Of a DNA stretch of 45,771 nucleotides, positions 33,969 to 42,412 are shown one piece after another. The notes under the pieces are model-generated. The model did no database searches. It worked only from the letters and a program-made list of their open reading frames with translations, and was not told the origin of the DNA. Source of the DNA: a virus; the IMG/VR virus record IMGVR_UViG_3300006114_000017, positions 1-45,771 of that record; one strand, written 5' to 3'. Made by a program: the position numbers and the translations under genes. How positions within the stretch are numbered: the stretch's first letter is position 1; each line of letters starts with the position of its first letter.

Positions 33969-34835
33969 CTACATACGCGGATACTTGAGCTTTTTAAACC
34001 GTTCGAGGCTCATTCCCTCATATCTACGGCACAAAGAGTCAAGTGAAATCTGCTGGATGTCATAACTACCGTTTTGGACACCATGCTTAACGACAATACC
34101 TCTAAAGTGAGCATTGCCTTGTGGTCCCTTGTAGTTTTCATCGTGCAGGTAACAAGCACCGGCTACAAGGCCATGCTGTGAGAACGCATCATTCTCATCT
34201 CTTCCACCATTTACGTAACGCATGCCATAAAGGAACGTTTGTTGGTGACCCATAGTAAATGAGTGGCCGATATTCTTCAGACGAGCATCAATCGTACCAC
34301 CATAGGGGTTTCCCGTCATAGGGTTATAAAAGAAGTGACTGTAAGCTACACCATCAAGCCAAAGAATGTGCTTGAATGGGCTAACTCTCCAACCGCTACG
34401 GGCATAGTCAAGGTCATCTGTGCTAAATAGGCCATCAATCTGTGCATCCATCTCTGTTGCACGGTTGATACGATCTTCGTGGTTACCAAGAAGAATGTGA
34501 CGCTCTGGGTTCCAGATAGCATGCTTAGACTTACGCTTGTTTTCGTTATAGTCATAAAGAGGCTGGTTTAGGATGTGCCAGTGTTCATTGGCAGCTTCAA
34601 TGTCTGCTTTGACACGACGACCCTCCATGCTCTTCTTACCCTTATCGTACATTGAAAGGGCTGGCATATCAGCGTGGTCACCAAGGTGAATGATCTTCAC
34701 ATCTTGGTTGTGGAACTCTTCTACAATATAGTTACCGATCCAAGTGAGGTGGTCGGTTGGGACCCCATCTTTAGCTTGGGTGTCCGGGATAACGATGTGT
34801 GTTGCTGGGTCTTTCTCGACAGAGCTATTCGTCAC
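33969..34835 (-). CDS. Calcineurin-like metallophosphoesterase (288 aa)
   Basis: Ordered metallophosphatase motifs IVIPDTQ, IIHLGDHAD and LLGNHEDRI, plus later His residues (GHQQ, HGL). Confidence 0.6.
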   Translation of the reverse strand: MTNSSVEKDPATHIVIPDTQAKDGVPTDHLTWIGNYIVEEFHNQDVKIIHLGDHADMPALSMYDKGKKSMEGRRVKADIEAANEHWHILNQPLYDYNENKRKSKHAIWNPERHILLGNHEDRINRATEMDAQIDGLFSTDDLDYARSGWRVSPFKHILWLDGVAYSHFFYNPMTGNPYGGTIDARLKNIGHSFTMGHQQTFLYGMRYVNGGRDENDAFSQHGLVAGACYLHDENYKGPQGNAHFRGIVVKHGVQNGSYDIQQISLDSLCRRYEGMSLERFKKLKYPRM

Positions 34836-34843
34836 ACTATTCC

Positions 34844-35044
34844 TTAGTTCTGGTCCTCTGCATCAAGATCCTGCAAGTCTCTATAGTTCTCGCTAGGCTT
34901 ATCTTCATCATTAAGACCAGCTACGTCCTTAGTTGTCTTAATTGTTGAAGTAGGGCTATCTGTGATGACGCGGGCATTCTTATCTGGCTTGTTGCTGTAT
35001 CTAATCATTGCTATGCCTTTCCTTGTGTTTATCAAGTTTTGCAA
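34844..35044 (-). CDS. Small hypothetical protein (66 aa, or 54 aa from the internal ATG)
   Basis: ORF track. Overlaps the upstream gene by 44 nt unless the MIRYSNK start is used. Confidence 0.3.
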   Translation of the reverse strand: MQNLINTRKGIAMIRYSNKPDKNARVITDSPTSTIKTTKDVAGLNDEDKPSENYRDLQDLDAEDQN

Positions 35045-35297
35045 TGAGAGTCTCGTTGATCATTTTTATGCATCTAACGCGATCCTTTGGCAAAACGTTC
35101 TTCCACAGGATAATTTCACTAGGTAACGTTTTTACGATACCTTCGTGCTTGTTATTAATTGTAACGAGTGAAGCTTGAAAATGCAAGTCACATACGTTAC
35201 ATTTTGTATCATTTACAACTTCGTTTACAAATTCTAGTTCTATTTCGTTAGAAATATTATCGTTGTACGTAATACCTTCAGGTAATTCTAATGCCAT
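35001..35297 (-). CDS. Small hypothetical protein (98 aa; CNVC...C)
   Basis: ORF track. Confidence 0.35.
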   Translation of the reverse strand: MALELPEGITYNDNISNEIELEFVNEVVNDTKCNVCDLHFQASLVTINNKHEGIVKTLPSEIILWKNVLPKDRVRCIKMINETLIAKLDKHKERHSND

Positions 35298-35299
35298 AT

Positions 35300-35566
35300 T
35301 TAGTTAGCTTTGTAAGCTACAAGTGCCAAGTTCTTTAGGCACTCTTCTGGGGTGATCCCATTTACGCTTGATAGTTTATTGATAAACACCATCATAACAC
35401 CAGCAAGTGAGCTGAAGAGTTGGATGGGATCACTCTCGAGGACCATTTCATAAGCTAGTTCCTCTTGGCCGCTGATGATTGCTGTCATCAAAGCGACTAC
35501 GTTGCCAATGTTCTCTGTTACAGAATCCATTATGCCTCGGTAGACGCCTTCAAGAACCAACTCCAC
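35300..35566 (-). CDS. Small hypothetical protein (88 aa)
   Basis: ORF track. Confidence 0.35.
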   Translation of the reverse strand: MELVLEGVYRGIMDSVTENIGNVVALMTAIISGQEELAYEMVLESDPIQLFSSLAGVMMVFINKLSSVNGITPEECLKNLALVAYKAN

Positions 35567-36051
35567 TTTTGGTGTTGATCAATGCGTTCAGCAATGAAGT
35601 TTGCAATACCTTGCTCGTTATCTTTGTCAGCAAGAACAAAGACCTTTTTAATGTGATCAATGTATTCGTTATTCATATCTAAGAATTGCTTAGCAAGATT
35701 ACGTGCATCATCATCGTTAGAACCTACTTCTTTAATTCTACTAAGTCCAGACAATTGGCTCATTACAAAAGGAGCTTTAGCATCAAGCTTTCTGATGTTT
35801 TCTGCAATTGGGTCAATGTTTTCGTAGATATCATCTACGATCTCATCAAAGAACTTGTGATATTGATAGAAGTCATTACCAACAACATTCCAGTGGAAAC
35901 CATGAATAGTGTGATAGAGAACGTATGCTTCAGCAAGCATTCTTTTCAGAGCAGTGACCAAATCACTAACATCTTCTTCATATTCTGGGTTTCTAGTGTC
36001 GTCTTCTACTTCTGTTGCACTGACGACTCTAAAGCCATTCCAATTGTCCAT
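35530..36051 (-). CDS. Dps/ferritin-like protein (DNA-protection-during-starvation family; 173 aa)
   Basis: The ferroxidase-site motif block ...YHTIHGFHWNVVGNDFYQYHKFFDEIVDDI... matches the Dps signature HWNVxGxxFxxLHxxFEE. The length is right for a Dps four-helix bundle. Confidence 0.55.
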   Translation of the reverse strand: MDNWNGFRVVSATEVEDDTRNPEYEEDVSDLVTALKRMLAEAYVLYHTIHGFHWNVVGNDFYQYHKFFDEIVDDIYENIDPIAENIRKLDAKAPFVMSQLSGLSRIKEVGSNDDDARNLAKQFLDMNNEYIDHIKKVFVLADKDNEQGIANFIAERIDQHQKWSWFLKASTEA

Positions 36052-36053
36052 TG

Positions 36054-36788
36054 TTACAGCCAGTTAAGGCCATCTCCGAACGACTCATCAATTGATTGCT
36101 CAACAAGGCGAGCAGACAGCTTGTTTGCGCTAGCACTCTTGATGCTGCGGAAGCCTGCACCCTCGTTCTTAGCACGACGGCAAATCTCTACATTGTCAAC
36201 AAAGTTTTCAATGATAGATGCACGCTTTACAGTGTCAAGGATAGGAAGCGTCTTACGCTCTACGTAGTAAACAGCAGCTTCACGTGTGTCAAGCTGGCTG
36301 CCCAGAAGGCGGTTGTGTTGGTCTTCGACCCAAACCTCAGCACCAGCGGTAACGAAGTTGATCCAGTCAGCTGACTCAAACTCGTTCTCAATGCCAGCAG
36401 CTGTACGGTACAAAAGGCTGCCATCGTCTTCGCCAAGGTCACTTGTGCCAGCACTGCTAACGCGATATTCCTTAGCAATTGTGCCACCAGGCAAGCTATT
36501 GAGGTAGTCCTCAGTGTCAAAGTCAACGTACTCTGAAGCCAGCTTCTCGAGCGATTCCTTCTCAGCACCAAGCTCGGTGATGATGTTAGCATAGCGCTCG
36601 ATCTCTCTTTGACCAACGTTAGGGTTGCTAGCAGCCATACGAGTCTTGTCCAGAATGTCCTGCAGCCTGTCAAGACGTGTCAAGATGCTCTCTGAGGTAC
36701 CATTAAACCAGCGTGCATCAGCAGCTGCGGTCTTGGCTTCAATCTCAATATTTTCGTAGTTCATAATGGAATCTTTCTTTTTCCTCAA
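36054..36788 (-). CDS. Hypothetical protein (244 aa)
   Basis: ORF track. Confidence 0.45.
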   Translation of the reverse strand: MRKKKDSIMNYENIEIEAKTAAADARWFNGTSESILTRLDRLQDILDKTRMAASNPNVGQREIERYANIITELGAEKESLEKLASEYVDFDTEDYLNSLPGGTIAKEYRVSSAGTSDLGEDDGSLLYRTAAGIENEFESADWINFVTAGAEVWVEDQHNRLLGSQLDTREAAVYYVERKTLPILDTVKRASIIENFVDNVEICRRAKNEGAGFRSIKSASANKLSARLVEQSIDESFGDGLNWL

Positions 36789-36791
36789 ACA

Positions 36792-37442
36792 CTATTGCGC
36801 GTTACGGCTATGATTACATTCATCGTGTGTCATATGTTCTGTGCAAAAACTAGGGCCCAACTCTTCTGAAAGCAACTCGGCTAGCTTCTTGCTAGCAGTA
36901 GTACCACTATTCAATGGGTTAGCACCATTCAGCTCACCGGGTTGAAGGTCATTGGGAGCAGTAGCTTGGCCAATAGGACTTTGGTTAGTGGCAGAAAAAT
37001 CTTGTGATTTTCCCGAAGGAGGAGCTGGGTTAGGACCGTTGTTGGCAAAGTTCTGTGAGCTTGCTGCCTGTGGGACAATCAGATCGGGAGCACCTTCAAA
37101 ATAAGCAAGTGCGTTAACGATCTTTGATGCACCCTTGCGGTGTCTCCAAGAGTAAACTGAATCAGCTGCCTTATCAAGTGCATCTTCTTCACTTTCCTTT
37201 TGACCAGGCTCGTATGGGTGACACTTGGCTCTGTCTCCAGGACCCTTCCAGCCAGGCTTAGTGCCTTCTGCAGTTTCAATAGTGCATTCTCTCAGCTCGT
37301 TCTTAATATTGGCAGCAGTGATGCTAAAACCAAGATATGAGCTAAGAATTACGCGGCGGCAACCATTGCAATAGATTTCTGGGCCAGCCTTGCTAGATGT
37401 TCTAACAAGCTCACCCTTTCTGCATATAAAACATTTTTCCAT
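36792..37442 (-). CDS. Hypothetical protein with an N-terminal zinc ribbon (MEKCFICRKG...CNGCRR). C-terminal half is rich in Gly/Asn/Pro/Ser.
   Basis: The ORF-track start at 37559 overlaps the upstream gene by 116 nt. The in-frame ATG at 37442 follows the upstream stop directly. Confidence 0.4.
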   Translation of the reverse strand: MEKCFICRKGELVRTSSKAGPEIYCNGCRRVILSSYLGFSITAANIKNELRECTIETAEGTKPGWKGPGDRAKCHPYEPGQKESEEDALDKAADSVYSWRHRKGASKIVNALAYFEGAPDLIVPQAASSQNFANNGPNPAPPSGKSQDFSATNQSPIGQATAPNDLQPGELNGANPLNSGTTASKKLAELLSEELGPSFCTEHMTHDECNHSRNAQ

Positions 37443-37443
37443 A

Positions 37444-38724
37444 TTAGAACCTAAAGAACTTTTCGAGAACATCAACGGGGAGACCGATAGATGAAGTTCT
37501 TGCAGCAGGTGGGTTCGTTGGGTCTTTTGCCCAAGCTGCTCTAGAAGCAACATCTGCATTGTTTTTAGCTTTGTTGTAGTTCATGCCAGTTCCAGGAGTC
37601 GCTATAGCTTTTCCATGTGCTTCTGCTGCATCCATGTGTGCGAAGTAAGCTTCTCTGTGATCAGGGTTGTTACCATGGAAAGTATCAGCACCATGAAACT
37701 CTGGAGAACCATCGGAGTTTGTTCTTCCTGTCCATGGAGTGTTACCCTGCAACTTGTTAGCAGCATTGAGGTGATTATCACGCAAAGTTGCATGATAGTT
37801 ATTGGTATCATCCTTTTGGGAGTCTTTACGATCCATGAACATGTGTGCAGCATCATACATACCGGCTTGCTTGGATGCAGTGGCGTGACCAAAACCATCA
37901 GTCAGCTCAAGAGGACCACGATCAGCTTCGCCAGGTGTCATATCGTGTGAACGAGGAATTAAGTTGCTATTTGGTTTAATGTCATACAAGCTTTGACCTT
38001 CGCTCTGCTGAGGGGTCTTGTTGTAGAACTTGTATTGTGTGTAACCGTTGTAGTAGTCCTTGCTCAAGAGGGCAAGATCCTCGTCCATTGGCTTACCGGC
38101 TTGTGCATCGCCGTAGCCTTGGTAGTAAAGCTCACTGTCGTTAGCTTCTTTGAACATAGCGTAGAAAGCACCAGCGGCACCCATCTTGGCTTCTTCCTTA
38201 ACGATGTCACGCCCAGCATCAAGGTCGCCAGCAGTAGGGCCTTCTACTGTTGTAAGGCTCTCACCCGAGAAGTTATTTTCGCCAATGCCGTGGTCATTAG
38301 CAGGCTGGTTGCAACCACAATTTGTGCATGCAATGCGTGTTCCTGGGAAGTATGTCTTTTCGCAGTGATTACAGAATGGCTCACCATTCTCCATCACGTA
38401 TGCAATTCTTGCATTCATGCTCATGTTTGCTCCAATAATTGTTGATAGCGATCCTGGAGATACGCTAGAAAGCCCTTCATTGCTTACAACTGGTGGTTGC
38501 CCCTCGAGATCAATTGTATCCTTAGGCTCATCGCCCAAAGCAGTCAATCTCGTAGAGTTTTCGTCTTCGTTACCAATGTCTGCAAATCTAAAGTGGCCAA
38601 CAGTACCGACTTGGCTTTGTCCTGGAAGGCCAAACCCTGCATCGTCTTCTTCGGTAGCGTCTTCAATGCCTCGTAGCGAAGCATCGTCTCCGTAATTACC
38701 GTTATCCTGCGTAGCGTATCTCAT
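37444..38724 (-). CDS. Hypothetical protein (~426 aa) with a CNHC...CTNCGC cluster. Rich in Gly/Asp/Asn/Tyr.
   Basis: First codon at 38727 is TTG. The ATG at 38724 was taken as the start. Confidence 0.45.
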   Translation of the reverse strand: MRYATQDNGNYGDDASLRGIEDATEEDDAGFGLPGQSQVGTVGHFRFADIGNEDENSTRLTALGDEPKDTIDLEGQPPVVSNEGLSSVSPGSLSTIIGANMSMNARIAYVMENGEPFCNHCEKTYFPGTRIACTNCGCNQPANDHGIGENNFSGESLTTVEGPTAGDLDAGRDIVKEEAKMGAAGAFYAMFKEANDSELYYQGYGDAQAGKPMDEDLALLSKDYYNGYTQYKFYNKTPQQSEGQSLYDIKPNSNLIPRSHDMTPGEADRGPLELTDGFGHATASKQAGMYDAAHMFMDRKDSQKDDTNNYHATLRDNHLNAANKLQGNTPWTGRTNSDGSPEFHGADTFHGNNPDHREAYFAHMDAAEAHGKAIATPGTGMNYNKAKNNADVASRAAWAKDPTNPPAARTSSIGLPVDVLEKFFRF

Positions 38725-38759
38725 CAATGACTAGTGCGCCTTGGGGGCTATTTTAACTC

Positions 38760-39839
38760 TTATTCCCAGCTGGTTGGTTTGTCATTGTTAGTTGAATTGA
38801 AACGATCTTCATTCAACAAATCAATTAATCTATTGCTGCTACCAGTGATTGGTCGAGCTGGCGTTGGGAAGTTAGATATAGTTTGTGGGAAATTAAGCTC
38901 AAGGTTAATTCCTGCTCCAGGACCAGATGACCCTTTTTCTGGCGTTTGCTTTGTAGGCATTGGTTCTTGACCAGTTTCAAGCTTAGTTTTCTGTTGTGGT
39001 GGGTTACTAGTCTCTTGCTCACTCTTAGTAGAAGTTTCTTCTTCAAGAGAAGGTTCTGGCATAGCTTCTGTTTTATCACCAATTGTTTTAGGAGCTGGCT
39101 GCCAAGTTGTGGGAGATGGTTGTGGTGTGCTAGGAGGAGTCTTTGATGGCTTACCAGGAACAGTGAAAGGTGGAACTGTGATTGGCTTAGTAGGAGCCAA
39201 TGGGTGAGTCTCGAGAGGCATGATGCTACCAACTACGGGGTTAGCAGGGCTTGCAAAGCTCTGTCCACCACCAGAATCTGGCGTATTGTTGATATCATTG
39301 CTATTGTCGCCATTTTCATTACCGCTTGAGTTGCTACTAGGCAAGTTCTTCAATGCATCGCTAAGGCCACCACCTTCTGCACCTGCAGCGGCCTCTCCAG
39401 CGCCAGCGACTGCTTCTCCAGCACCAAGAAGCTCTGGGATAGCAAGAAGAGGACCAGCAGTCACAATTGTGCTTGCTGTGACCATGCGAAGTTCCTTAGC
39501 AGCGAACCCCTTACCAGCTTCTGACTGGTAAACTTGGTTATCTGTCAATGCATAAGGAATAACGTTAACAGTTGCGTGCGCTTTGCGCAGCATTTCTGTT
39601 GCAATGCCTTGGTTTCGGTATTCTGGCTCGACGTAAACACCATCCATGATGTAGTTGCCACTAGCTTGCTTTTCAGCAGTGAAATAACCGATTCTTTCGT
39701 CTCCAACCATTGCTTCAACAAGAAGACCAGAGAACGTGCCACCAGTCTTGTATTGCATTGGGCCAACGTTAGCAACAATTCGAACCTTGTCACCTTGTTC
39801 TTCAAGGATCTCATTAAGTCTTGGTGGGATAGTAGCCAT
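38760..39839 (-). CDS. N-terminal GNAT acetyltransferase-like domain fused to a long Pro/Thr/Ser/Gln-rich (mucin-like) low-complexity tail (359 aa)
   Basis: VYVEPEYRNQGIATEMLRKA matches the GNAT acetyl-CoA-binding motif A (Q/RxxGxG/A). The tail reads ...PTKPITVPPFTVPGKPSKTPPSTPQPSPTTWQPAPKT... Confidence 0.4.
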   Translation of the reverse strand: MATIPPRLNEILEEQGDKVRIVANVGPMQYKTGGTFSGLLVEAMVGDERIGYFTAEKQASGNYIMDGVYVEPEYRNQGIATEMLRKAHATVNVIPYALTDNQVYQSEAGKGFAAKELRMVTASTIVTAGPLLAIPELLGAGEAVAGAGEAAAGAEGGGLSDALKNLPSSNSSGNENGDNSNDINNTPDSGGGQSFASPANPVVGSIMPLETHPLAPTKPITVPPFTVPGKPSKTPPSTPQPSPTTWQPAPKTIGDKTEAMPEPSLEEETSTKSEQETSNPPQQKTKLETGQEPMPTKQTPEKGSSGPGAGINLELNFPQTISNFPTPARPITGSSNRLIDLLNEDRFNSTNNDKPTSWE

Positions 39840-40594
39840 TATAGTTTTCCTAGGTCAGTAGTGAGGTCTTCAAGGCGCATATCGCCATATTGACCCTTTT
39901 CAACAATCTCTGGAGTGATGAGAGCCCAGCTCTCTTCCATGTAGCTTTGCAGCCATCTCCACGTTACCTTCTGCACTTTACCCCAGGTAATACATTCAGC
40001 GTAGTCCTTGTCGTAACCTACGAGGATGACACAGTGGCCACCTTCGATCTGATTGTCAGCAGGAGTGCCTGTAAGGTCCCATGGCTGGTTGTCAAGGAAT
40101 TGCTGCTGGAAGGTGACTGGGAGCTTTACACCAATGTATACAAGCCCATATGAGGCAATTACGCTACGGAGCTCATCAAGGTCAGCATGGTCAGTAGGGG
40201 CGAACGCAGCAAGCTTTGTGTTGAACAAGCCGTTGGTCTGCCAGTACTTTAGTAGGTCCGCCTCGACCGCTCCAGCATCTTGTCCATTCGTATAATTGAG
40301 ATAACTTTGCTCGACTTCGGTGTCAGAAGGGAATCCTTCTGTAAGTTGTAAGAAAGCAGCGTTAGCCATTCTGGCGTGAACAATACCAGCAAAAGTACAA
40401 TCCCCATATTTATCATTTCCTAACATTCCCCAATTATCTACGTTTGGCACTGCTACGCTCTCTGGTGCAGCTGGCAACGGGTTGCCCTGATAGAAAGCAA
40501 GCATGTGCAACCCAGCAGGGCGCTTAGGATCTAGCTTACCTAATTTACCAACAATACGATCAGTCATTATTATCTCCCATAAACATCTTTCCAT
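39839..40594 (-). CDS. Papain-like (C1-like) cysteine protease (251 aa)
   Basis: Catalytic Cys context KYGDCTFAGIVHA. The His block GGHCVILVGYDKDYAECITWGKV is strikingly like papain-family D-HAVxxVGYG...I.NSWG. Confidence 0.45.
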   Translation of the reverse strand: MERCLWEIIMTDRIVGKLGKLDPKRPAGLHMLAFYQGNPLPAAPESVAVPNVDNWGMLGNDKYGDCTFAGIVHARMANAAFLQLTEGFPSDTEVEQSYLNYTNGQDAGAVEADLLKYWQTNGLFNTKLAAFAPTDHADLDELRSVIASYGLVYIGVKLPVTFQQQFLDNQPWDLTGTPADNQIEGGHCVILVGYDKDYAECITWGKVQKVTWRWLQSYMEESWALITPEIVEKGQYGDMRLEDLTTDLGKL

Positions 40595-40938
40595 TGACTA
40601 AAAGTCAAACCAGTTTTGCCTGCAAGGAACGAGTGAGTGTTGCAATATGGCCTTGGCACTGAAGAATCAGACCAATGCATGTATTTTGCTTCGTACTTCT
40701 TACCTTGGCAGTCGCCATGAGCACATGCAGCCATACCCTTGCGGTCTACGTAAGGTGCTTTCCTAGTTTTCTTAGGAGGCTCTGGCTGTGGGTTCTCTGC
40801 TAAGTACTTCTGCGTGTTCTCGCAATCGGTAGTGTCTTTGCACCTACCGCTGCTAACGATTGTGTGGGTGCCATCATCTGATGCACCACAGAGCTGACAT
40901 TGGTCAGGACGAGCAGCGTAACGTTCTGACCAAGACAT
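40570..40938 (-). CDS. Small Cys-rich protein (122 aa). N-terminus MSWSERYAAR...
   Basis: ORF track. Motifs CQLCG, CKDTTDC and CAHGDC. Confidence 0.4.
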   Translation of the reverse strand: MSWSERYAARPDQCQLCGASDDGTHTIVSSGRCKDTTDCENTQKYLAENPQPEPPKKTRKAPYVDRKGMAACAHGDCQGKKYEAKYMHWSDSSVPRPYCNTHSFLAGKTGLTFSQWKDVYGR

Positions 40939-41414
40939 TAGAAGTATTTCTGTCGTTCTGACGGAGTCATCTTGCCTGATTTTGCTACAGCAGCATCGTG
41001 GCTCAGCGGTGTTGGGTTGGGGTTATGACGTCCATTGACTATTGTTTCTCCAACTGATCTAAGCAAGCTATAGTGATTGGGAATAACATTTTTGTTGAGA
41101 GCGTCAATCGCTTCATCATGTGTAGCTAGCAGTCTGGGCTCTAAAGCTTCTGGGCCACCAAGCCATGGATCATTGCGTGCACGTGCACTAACATATAAAC
41201 TGATATTGTGACCCTGGGTATAGGCATGCATCATTTCGTCTTCGGTAATACCGTGTCGCCTAGCATCATCAACATGCTTCTTTTGAATAAGCTTGGGGTT
41301 GCCTGAGTTGGCGTGATCAATCAGCTTCTCAAAGTAGTGTGGATCACCATAACCAAAGGTATCTTCAGCTGCGTATCTTCTTTTCCAATTCATTAATCTT
41401 CTCCAAGGATCCAA
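40938..41414 (-). CDS. Hypothetical protein (158 aa). Contains ...MNWKRRYAAED... near its N-terminus.
   Basis: ORF track. ATGA overlap with the downstream gene. Confidence 0.4.
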   Translation of the reverse strand: MDPWRRLMNWKRRYAAEDTFGYGDPHYFEKLIDHANSGNPKLIQKKHVDDARRHGITEDEMMHAYTQGHNISLYVSARARNDPWLGGPEALEPRLLATHDEAIDALNKNVIPNHYSLLRSVGETIVNGRHNPNPTPLSHDAAVAKSGKMTPSERQKYF

Positions 41415-41584
41415 TCGGCTACTTCTTTACTGCGTGAGTGTTCTTGTCCAATAGATGGCCCTTCTTGTCTACTCAGTTCAGAAATAATGTGTTTTTCTGC
41501 TTCAGTAGTGTTAGGGCATTGCAGTTTAGGCCAGCCATGGCATGAACAGCTTTCTGCTGCGTATCTTTTAGACCAATTACTCAT
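41393..41584 (-). CDS. Small Cys protein (63 aa). N-terminus MSNWSKRYAAESCSCH...
   Basis: ORF track. Confidence 0.35.
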   Translation of the reverse strand: MSNWSKRYAAESCSCHGWPKLQCPNTTEAEKHIISELSRQEGPSIGQEHSRSKEVADWILGED

Positions 41585-42003
41585 TTGATGAGTCCTCTCA
41601 CGTATTTTGCTGCCTCAAAGTCACTGTAAGCTGTGACGTGTTTGCCACCATGACCTCTGTGGTGGAAAAGGCATAGCCATTCCAGGTTTGTTGCGCTCTC
41701 TACCCATGCACCAACGGTGTCTGGGTCGCTAACGCCGGGGTAATCGACTTCGAGCCACTTAAGATCGACGCCATTCTGCAATGAGAACTCAATATGAGTG
41801 TGGTGAAGCTCCAAAGGGTGCTCAGAGTCGCACTCACTGAAGTCATTGCGGTGTTCACCGATAGCACATTTAGCTGTTGCCTTCGTTTTCTCACGGAAAT
41901 GGTGAAAATCGACGTAATGTGGGTCATCTTCACGCTCTGGGTGAGGTGGATAGTGAACGGTGTAATGATGAGTGATGTTCTGGTCGTGTTCTTCGACGGT
42001 CAT
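41581..42003 (-). CDS. His-rich protein, possibly HNH/His-Me-finger nuclease-like (140 aa)
   Basis: Pattern C-x10-C ... LELHHTHIEF ... N ... LEWLCLFHHRGH resembles the HNH layout of a Cys pair, catalytic HH, Asn and a CxxH pair. Weak. Confidence 0.3.
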   Translation of the reverse strand: MTVEEHDQNITHHYTVHYPPHPEREDDPHYVDFHHFREKTKATAKCAIGEHRNDFSECDSEHPLELHHTHIEFSLQNGVDLKWLEVDYPGVSDPDTVGAWVESATNLEWLCLFHHRGHGGKHVTAYSDFEAAKYVRGLIK

Positions 42004-42395
42004 TAGTCTTTTTCCCTTCTATCTTGCTGAAGGTAGTCAATAACTTCGTCTAAACTGCCAAAAACGCGTATATCATCTTCATATTCGTCGTTATCTAGGT
42101 CAAAATCGTCTTCATCTGACGAAAAAAGCTCTTCCATGATCATCTGGAAAGCAGAAAAGGTGATTTCTCTTGAATATTCTACAAAAACACCGTCATGCTG
42201 ACAGTATTCACTTACGTTAATACGATAAGTGTGGTCTTCATCGTCATCTTTTGGCTTATCGATGGAGAAATCATCTGAAAGAGAGGAAATCTGGGCAATA
42301 CTCTCCTTAAACCGGGAGACATATGCACTTTTCTCTGTAGTATCACTGTACTTTGCTATGTTCTTGCAAGTTTCACAGTCACAGTTGTTTGACAT
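42003..42395 (-). CDS. Very acidic small protein (130 aa; N-terminal CDCETC, C-terminal Asp/Glu runs)
   Basis: ATG at 42393-42395, with an AGGAA SD and a near-consensus sigma70-like promoter upstream. Confidence 0.45.
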   Translation of the reverse strand: MSNNCDCETCKNIAKYSDTTEKSAYVSRFKESIAQISSLSDDFSIDKPKDDDEDHTYRINVSEYCQHDGVFVEYSREITFSAFQMIMEELFSSDEDDFDLDNDEYEDDIRVFGSLDEVIDYLQQDRREKD

Positions 42396-42412
42396 GTTTT
42401 CCTTAGTTATAT

